Shown here piece by piece: positions 57,887-63,775 of a stretch of DNA of 63,775 bases. Source of the stretch: an uncultured Lentisphaeraceae bacterium. Its GTDB lineage: Bacteria > Verrucomicrobiota > Kiritimatiellia > RFP12 > UBA1067. Position 1 is the first letter of the stretch; each line of letters opens with the position of its first letter. Both the position numbers and the translations under genes were made by a program. The notes under the pieces were generated by a model. That model ran no database searches, was not told the origin of the DNA, and saw only the letters and a list, made by a program, of their open reading frames with translations. The stretch is from positions 1-63,775 of the forward strand of contig CAYZYQ010000004.1 of the NCBI GenBank assembly GCA_964482645.1, given 5' to 3'.

Positions 57887-58630
57887 ATGACGTTGCTCGA
57901 ACAGATTGCGCAGGGCGAGAACGTCGCGCTTGAGTTCAAGGAGGCGCGGCCGAAGGACCCGCTGAAGTTTATCAAGACGGCTGTGGCGTTCGCCAACGGT
58001 CGTGGCGGGCGATTGCTGTTCGGCGTGGAGAATGAAACGGGACGGATTGTCGGCATTCCCCGTGAGAAGGTCGCCGCCGAGATGGACGCCATCCGTGAGG
58101 CCATCTGCAACGCAGTCTTCCATCGTGACTACCTGGTGCCGTCATGCGTCTACGTGGCGCTCTACGATGATCGGCTTGAGGTCATCTCGCCGGGCGGCCT
58201 TGTCCGTGAAATGACGGTCGAAGATGCGCGAAACGGTTTTTCCAAGATCAGAAACCATGCCATTGGCGCTGCTTTGGAGTACATGGGAGAAGTCGAGGGA
58301 TGGGGTGGTGGCGTTTCGCGTTATTTTGAATCGTGTGAAAAGATGAACCTTCCTCCGCCCATGGTCGTCGAGGAGACATCCGTTTTGAAGGTGACGTTCT
58401 TTCGTGCGGGGAAGAAGGACGCGAACACGAAAAAGAGTAAGGAGAAAAGTAAGGAGAAAATCTTGGCTGCGTTGACGCTTCACCCAGATTGGACGACGGC
58501 GGATCTTGCGCGGGAGGTCGGACTTTCGCGTTCGGGCATCGAGCGGAACCTTCGCCAGTTGAAGGCGGACGGGCTTCTTGTGCGAAATGGAGCAGACAAT
58601 GGTGGCGTTTGGCAGGTCGTGAGATCGTGA
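57887..58630 (+). CDS. AlbA_2/Schlafen-like + HATPase-like + HTH protein, apparently internally deleted
   Basis: GENVALEFK...KTAVAFANGRGGRLLFGVEN joins directly to IREAICNAVFHRDY...DDRLEVISPGGL; C-terminal HTH. Confidence 0.7.
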   Translation: MTLLEQIAQGENVALEFKEARPKDPLKFIKTAVAFANGRGGRLLFGVENETGRIVGIPREKVAAEMDAIREAICNAVFHRDYLVPSCVYVALYDDRLEVISPGGLVREMTVEDARNGFSKIRNHAIGAALEYMGEVEGWGGGVSRYFESCEKMNLPPPMVVEETSVLKVTFFRAGKKDANTKKSKEKSKEKILAALTLHPDWTTADLAREVGLSRSGIERNLRQLKADGLLVRNGADNGGVWQVVRS

Positions 58631-58713
58631 CGGTTGTGAGAAACGTAACGCATGGTGCGACAAGGTAGAGATATGGTTTTTGTTGGAATGCAGATGGAGG
58701 TACAAAACTTATC

Positions 58714-59601
58714 ATGACGGATGTAAAAGAATTGATGGCGAAGGTGGGGAAGATCCGGATCCTCACCAATCGATTGATTGACGACCAGTTGAGCGGCGAC
58801 TACCACTCGACCTTCAAAGGGCAGGGAGTGGAGTTCGACGAAGTTCGCCCCTACGTGCCGGGCGATGACGTGCGTTCGATCGACTGGAACGTCACGGCGC
58901 GAACGGGCGAGCCGTTCATCAAGCGTTTCAGCGAGGAACGCGAATTGACGGTGATGTTCCTTGTCGACGTTTCCGGTTCGCAGACTTATGGAAGTGTCCG
59001 GCGTTCAAAAGCCGAACTCGCCGCCGAGGTGTCCTCTCTCCTCGCGCTCACGGCGATTCGCAATCAGGACAAAATCGGTTTGATTCTTTTTTCCGATCGG
59101 ATCGTCAAATACATCCCGCCGCGCAAGGGGCGCCAAAGCGTGATGCGCCTCGTGCGCGAAGTCCTCGCGGCCGAAGATGACGCGACGGGCGGGACGGACA
59201 TCGCGGGCGCCCTGCGTTTTCTCAACGGTGTCCAGAAGCGCCGCGCCGTCGTTTTCCTGGTGAGCGATTTCTTCGACGCGAACGCCGACTACGAAAAACT
59301 GCTGCGCGTTGTCGCGCGTCGCCATGACGTGATCTGCATCCCCGTGGAAGATCCTGCCGAACGCGAATTGCCGAACGTAGGGTTGGCCGAACTGGAAGAC
59401 CCCGAAACGGGTGAACTTCTGCTCGTCGACACGTCGGACAGCACCGTGCGGCGTGGTTTCGCGGCCGTCGCCCAGGCGCAGACAGACCATCGGACGCGCT
59501 TTTTCGCGCGTAGTGGCATCGACACCGTGCCCATCGCGACAGACCGTCCGTACATCCAATCCATTCGCGCGCTCTTCAAACGTCGCGCCAGCAAACGGTG
59601 A
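58714..59601 (+). CDS. DUF58 (VWA-associated) protein
   Basis: YHSTFKGQGVEFDEVRPYVPGDDVRSIDWNVTAR, EERELT, VDVSGSQ, LVSDF. Confidence 0.92.
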   Translation: MTDVKELMAKVGKIRILTNRLIDDQLSGDYHSTFKGQGVEFDEVRPYVPGDDVRSIDWNVTARTGEPFIKRFSEERELTVMFLVDVSGSQTYGSVRRSKAELAAEVSSLLALTAIRNQDKIGLILFSDRIVKYIPPRKGRQSVMRLVREVLAAEDDATGGTDIAGALRFLNGVQKRRAVVFLVSDFFDANADYEKLLRVVARRHDVICIPVEDPAERELPNVGLAELEDPETGELLLVDTSDSTVRRGFAAVAQAQTDHRTRFFARSGIDTVPIATDRPYIQSIRALFKRRASKR

Positions 59602-59612
59602 GGAAACTCCGA

Positions 59613-60593
59613 ATGATGAAAACGATTTCAAACATCCTTCTAATCGGCGGTGTACTTTGCGCGGCCCTACCGTCCGCCGCGACGACATGGGATGTCAGCC
59701 ACGGAGACATTGGCATCGTCGTTGAATCCGCGTCCGACCAAATCGATCCCGGACGCAATTTCGATGTGACGGTGACGGCGACGGCGCCGGCCGGTCGGCG
59801 CGTCCAACTTCCTGACTTGCGCGACCGTTTCCAGGGTTTTCAAGTGGCAGAGGATTTCACGGAGGAACCACTCATCGCCGACGACGGCAAGACGACGATC
59901 ATCTCCCGGTGGCGTCTCTTGCCCGAACCGCTGGCGCGGCGTTATCGTCTGGCGCCGTTCGTCGTGACCGTGCAGACATCCGCCGCGACAAACGGTGTTG
60001 CGGCAGTGACTGAGAGCACGTCTTTTTATACGGAGCCGATTCGTTTCGCGCCGCCGGCGACGCGCGAGACGGTGACGGGCGATATGGAACTCCATGTGAC
60101 GCGCGATCTCCCGCCGCTGAGCTGGAAACTCGCGGGATGGATTGCGCTGGCCGTGGCGGGCGTGTTGGCGATCGGCGCACTGCTCTATTTTGTCGTGCGC
60201 AAGATTCGTCTCCTGATTCGCATTCATCGGATGAGTCCGATCGAACGCGCCTTGTATGAACTGGAAGTCCTGCTGGGGAAGAATCTGCCGGGGCGTGGGT
60301 TCTACAAGGACTTCTATGTGGAACTCACGATGGTTGTGCGCCGTTACATCGAACGTCGTCATGCGGTGAAAGCGCCCAACTTGACGACGGACGAGTTTCT
60401 CCGCGCGGCGCAGGACAATCCGGCGTTCCCGCGCACGGCGCTGGCGGAGTTGAAGCAGTTTTTGGAATCGGCCGACATGGTGAAGTTCGCGGGTGTTGAA
60501 TCGACGCCGGAAATGGCGGATGCGGCGACGAACCGGGCGCGGGGGTATTTGGATGCGGACAACACGAAGCAGAAGACGGAGAATGTGAAATGA
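59613..60593 (+). CDS. Bat-operon membrane protein (BatD-like Ig domain, TM, DUF4381-like tail)
   Basis: Signal peptide, one TM, then KDFYVELTMVVRRYIE...TTDEFL...ADMVKFA; position between DUF58 and batA. Confidence 0.65.
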   Translation: MMKTISNILLIGGVLCAALPSAATTWDVSHGDIGIVVESASDQIDPGRNFDVTVTATAPAGRRVQLPDLRDRFQGFQVAEDFTEEPLIADDGKTTIISRWRLLPEPLARRYRLAPFVVTVQTSAATNGVAAVTESTSFYTEPIRFAPPATRETVTGDMELHVTRDLPPLSWKLAGWIALAVAGVLAIGALLYFVVRKIRLLIRIHRMSPIERALYELEVLLGKNLPGRGFYKDFYVELTMVVRRYIERRHAVKAPNLTTDEFLRAAQDNPAFPRTALAELKQFLESADMVKFAGVESTPEMADAATNRARGYLDADNTKQKTENVK

Positions 60594-61642
60594 ATTTCGG
60601 TTGGCCTTGGTGTTTCCTGCTCGTCGTGCCGCTCGCTCTGGCGGCGTGGCGAATGTTGCGGCGTCCGGCGAAGAAAGACAGTTGCGGCATCAAATTCGCG
60701 GCCGTGGCGCGTCTCCCCGTGCGCACGGCCGGCTGGCGCGCGCGCGTGGCCGCGCTGACGCCGTGGTTCTTCCTGCTTGGCGCGTCGTGTCTTGTACTGG
60801 CCGCCGCGCGACCGCGTTCGGCGTTGTCACAAGGACGGCGTAATGTCGATGCGATTGCCATTGCGATGACGGTGGACGTGTCCGGTTCCATGAACGCGCT
60901 CGACTTGACACCGGCGGGGTCGAAGAAATACGTCACGCGCCTGGACGTCGTGAAGGAGATGTTCAAGAAATTCATCGAGGCGCGTCCCGACGATTTGATT
61001 GGACTCGTCGCGTTCGGCGGCTATGCGTCGTCTCGTGCACCGTTGACGGCGGATCACGATGCGTTGTTTCACGTGCTGAAAGGACTTGAAGTCCCGACGG
61101 TCAACTACGATGAGCAGGGGCGTCCGATCGACCCGGAGGAAACGACCACGGCGATTGGCGATGGACTGGCCACGGCGTTGGCGCGGCTCAAAAACGCCGA
61201 ACCGAAATCGAAGATCGTTATTCTGCTGTCCGACGGCGTGTCCAACGCAGGCGTCGTCGAACCCGAACAGGCCGCCGCCGCCGCCGAGAAACTGGGCATT
61301 CGCGTCTATACGATCGGCGTGGGGACGAAGGCGGGGCGCGTACCGTTCCAGGGGCGTGACATGTGGGGACGCACGGTCGTCCAGTACGCCAACAACATGA
61401 CGTTCGACGAATCGCAACTCAAGTCGATTGCCGCGAAAACACATGCGCGGTATTTTTCGGTGAACGACGCGCAGGGTTTGAAAGCGGCGTTGGAGGAAAT
61501 CGACACGTTGGAGAAAACGACGCTCGACCGTACGGTCTACCAGCGGTGGAACGAGTATTTCGCGCCGTTGCTGCTGGCGGGGGCGTGCCTCGTTTTCGCC
61601 GCCGTTTCGCTCCAGATGTCCGCCTCCCGTCGTCTCGTCTGA
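60590..61642 (+). CDS. batA: VWA-domain protein BatA
   Basis: N-terminal WPWCFLL; MIDAS VDVSGSM; TAIGDGLATA; ILLSDG; IRVYTIGVG; C-terminal TM. Confidence 0.85.
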   Translation: MNFGWPWCFLLVVPLALAAWRMLRRPAKKDSCGIKFAAVARLPVRTAGWRARVAALTPWFFLLGASCLVLAAARPRSALSQGRRNVDAIAIAMTVDVSGSMNALDLTPAGSKKYVTRLDVVKEMFKKFIEARPDDLIGLVAFGGYASSRAPLTADHDALFHVLKGLEVPTVNYDEQGRPIDPEETTTAIGDGLATALARLKNAEPKSKIVILLSDGVSNAGVVEPEQAAAAAEKLGIRVYTIGVGTKAGRVPFQGRDMWGRTVVQYANNMTFDESQLKSIAAKTHARYFSVNDAQGLKAALEEIDTLEKTTLDRTVYQRWNEYFAPLLLAGACLVFAAVSLQMSASRRLV

Positions 61643-61801
61643 TCTTTTCGGATCGTGTGTCGCTTTACTCTTGCTTGAATGGACGTGAAATTGATATAAT
61701 CACATAGATTTCAACGCCGCCTTTTTCCGTGTATACGCATGGTTTGGATGTCGTGGCGATGGGATGTACGTAGTTTTGTTCATCAATCAAGGAAGTTGCA
61801 C

Positions 61802-63406
61802 ATGAAGAAGGCGTGGATGGGTTTGTCCGTCGCTCTGTCTGGTTTTGTGTCGTGGGCGCAGACGGTCGCCCCGACGGCGTTGAAAACGGTTGAAACGGCC
61901 CCGGAGGCGGCGCAGGCGGGCAAGGCCGTCGCAAAGACGGTCGAGGCGACGAGCGATTGGCTGGCGCAGTTTACGGCGTTTGTGGACAAGATTGACGGTT
62001 ACGTGTGGGGCATTCCGCTGATTGCCTCCATTCTGGTGACGGGGTTGCTGCTCACGTGCATTCTGCGTTTCCGTCATCTCTTCAACTTGAAGAACGCATT
62101 TCACTATATGTTCCACACGGAGGAGGGAACGTCGGGCGAAGTGAGTTCGTTCGGGGCGCTTTGCACGGCGTTGTCGGCCACGATCGGCACGGGCAACATC
62201 GTGGGCGTGGCGACGGCGATTGGCACGGGCGGGCCGGGGGCTCTCTTCTGGATGGAAGTGGCGGCGTTCTTCGGCATGGCGACGAAATACGCGGAAGGTC
62301 TGCTGGCGGTGAAGTACCGTGAAATCACGCCCGACGGACGTGTGCTGGGCGGCCCGTTCTACTACATCGAGAAGGGGCTTGGCTGCCGTTGGAAATGGCT
62401 GGCCGTCGCGTTTGCGGTCTTCGGTGTACTGGCGGGCATTCTCGGCATCGGCACGATTACGCAGATCCATGGCATTACATCGGCCGTGCAGCGGTTCTTC
62501 GACCCGAATTTCGATCCGGCCAACATGGCCACGGGGTTGCAGTTGTTTGGTACGACGTATTCCATTCCCGTTGTCATCGCCGGCCTGGTGGTGACGGTCT
62601 GCGTGGCGCTCGTCGTGATCGGCGGCCTTCAGCGCATCGCCAAAGTGTCCACGGTGATCGTGCCGTTCATGGCGATTTTCTACGTGGCGACGATTGCGTT
62701 CCTCCTGTTGGGCAATCTCTCCAAGATTACGGCCGCGCTGGAATTGATCGTCCGGGCGGCGTTCAACCCCGCGGCGTTCACGGGCGGCATGGTGGGAACG
62801 ATTTTCATCGCCATGCAGAAGGGGGTCGCGCGTGGTATCTTCTCGAACGAGGCGGGTCTGGGGTCTGCGCCAATCGCGGCGGCGGCGGCGAAGACGAACG
62901 AGCCGGCGCGGCAGGGTCTTGTGTGCATGACGGGCACGTTCATCGATACGATCGTCATCTGCACGATGACGGGTCTTGCGATTGTCGTGACGGGTGCCTG
63001 GGAGCCGTCGCTCGGTCTCAAGGGCGTGGATATCACGATCGAAGCGTTCAGCCGTGGGTTGGCGTTCATCGGGCCGAACGCGGCGGTTGTTTCGTCCTTC
63101 TTCCTCATGGTGTCGCTCACGTTCTTTGCGTTCACGACGATTCTCGGCTGGGACTACTATTCTGAAAAGTGCCTTGAATACCTCGTGGGCACGGAACGGC
63201 GTGGGATCGTCAAAATCTACCGTCTGCTCTACGTGGCCGTCGTGTTCATGGGGCCGTATCTGACGGTTTCGGTGGTTTGGGGCATGGCGGACGTCTTCAA
63301 CGGCCTCATGGCGTTCCCGAACCTCGTCGCGCTCGTGCTGCTCTCGCCAGTCGTCATGCGGACGACCCGCGACTTCCTGTCACGTCAGGACAAGCAAAAG
63401 CGTTAA
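61802..63406 (+). CDS. Sodium:alanine/glycine symporter (AGCS family)
   Basis: ALSATIGTGNIVGVA, GGPGALFWM, GGPFYYI, GVARGIFSNEAGLGSAPIAAA, FIDTIVIC, GLMAFPNL. Confidence 0.93.
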   Translation: MKKAWMGLSVALSGFVSWAQTVAPTALKTVETAPEAAQAGKAVAKTVEATSDWLAQFTAFVDKIDGYVWGIPLIASILVTGLLLTCILRFRHLFNLKNAFHYMFHTEEGTSGEVSSFGALCTALSATIGTGNIVGVATAIGTGGPGALFWMEVAAFFGMATKYAEGLLAVKYREITPDGRVLGGPFYYIEKGLGCRWKWLAVAFAVFGVLAGILGIGTITQIHGITSAVQRFFDPNFDPANMATGLQLFGTTYSIPVVIAGLVVTVCVALVVIGGLQRIAKVSTVIVPFMAIFYVATIAFLLLGNLSKITAALELIVRAAFNPAAFTGGMVGTIFIAMQKGVARGIFSNEAGLGSAPIAAAAAKTNEPARQGLVCMTGTFIDTIVICTMTGLAIVVTGAWEPSLGLKGVDITIEAFSRGLAFIGPNAAVVSSFFLMVSLTFFAFTTILGWDYYSEKCLEYLVGTERRGIVKIYRLLYVAVVFMGPYLTVSVVWGMADVFNGLMAFPNLVALVLLSPVVMRTTRDFLSRQDKQKR

Positions 63407-63442
63407 TCATCGCGTTCGGAAATAGTCATTTCTGACGGACGG

Positions 63443-63475
63443 AAAGGCCATGCGGACACGCATGGCCTTTTTGTT
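63443..63475 (+). terminator. Intrinsic terminator after the symporter gene
   Basis: AAAGGCCATGCG-GACA-CGCATGGCCTTT then TTGTTT. Confidence 0.85.
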
Positions 63476-63567
63476 TGTTGTGAGTAGGTTCGTTCTGTCG
63501 CGGCGAAGGCGCACGTGACGGTAAATGTGCTTTCATTCCGAGGAAATGACAAAAGGTGAGTTCGTGC

Positions 63568-63595
63568 TTGCAAATAAAAAAAAAACAACTATAAT
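63568..63595 (+). promoter_or_regulatory. Sigma70-like promoter with A10 spacer tract (P5)
   Basis: TTGCAA 63568-63573, A10 at 63576-63585, TATAAT 63590-63595; spacer 16 bp. Confidence 0.8.
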
Positions 63596-63664
63596 TGATG
63601 CCGCTTGGGAGGATAGTCCCAAGTCAAACTTGAATTTCAAATCGGAATCGAGGAACGACAGGCG

Positions 63665-63775
63665 ATGGACAAGGCGTTGTTTTTTGAATCGGTACGTTTC
63701 GGCGCACGGGGCGTACGGGCGGCGGGAATCGTCGCGGCGATTGTCATGGCGGGCGGTTTGGCGCGTGGTGACGAC
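63665..63775 (+). CDS. 5' end of a probable secreted protein, cut by the window edge
   Basis: AGGA upstream; MDKALFFESVRFGARGVRAAGIVAAIVMAGGLARGDD is signal-peptide-like. Confidence 0.6.
   Translation, partial: MDKALFFESVRFGARGVRAAGIVAAIVMAGGLARGDD

Noticed and set aside
61700-61801. Glycine riboswitch upstream of the AGCS symporter
   Set aside because: The family often has one, but no GGAGA…CCGAAG…CTCTCAGG-like core is visible in this leader.

Overview
High-GC, Gram-negative bacterial chromosome segment (lpxA, lptF/G). The gene style suggests a Kiritimatiellota/PVC-type glycan forager, but that taxonomy is an inference. The backbone is housekeeping: ribH, PPi-pfk, mazG, ispH, pgi, fba, rnfE, nrdR, lptF, lpxA, ychF, dapAB, dprA, nusA-infB-rbfA-truB-ribF, three tRNAs, and moxR-DUF58-batA. 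Main finding: four large secreted lectin-like/passenger-repeat proteins (372, 11503, 16135, 48629) all end in a 7-residue motif, [G/H]-x-(4 hydrophobic)-R-stop. Each gene, plus a fifth cut off by the window end (63665), sits behind a near-consensus sigma70 promoter whose -35/-10 spacer holds an A9-A10 homopolymer and is 15-16 bp long, whereas four housekeeping promoters here have 17 bp. This looks like a dispersed, slipped-strand phase-variable surface-protein repertoire with an unnamed sorting signal. Other accessory features: a ~4.3-kb low-GC island inserted into the dprA 3' end/nusA promoter with 26-bp direct repeats, carrying nested 18-bp inverted repeats and a five-gene M48-peptidase module; a Type II R-M cassette inside the moxR-bat operon; and a TruB homologue whose catalytic Asp is replaced by Glu. 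No CRISPR, rRNA, integrase or intact transposase was seen. Product calls rest on motif recognition only; no database searches were run.
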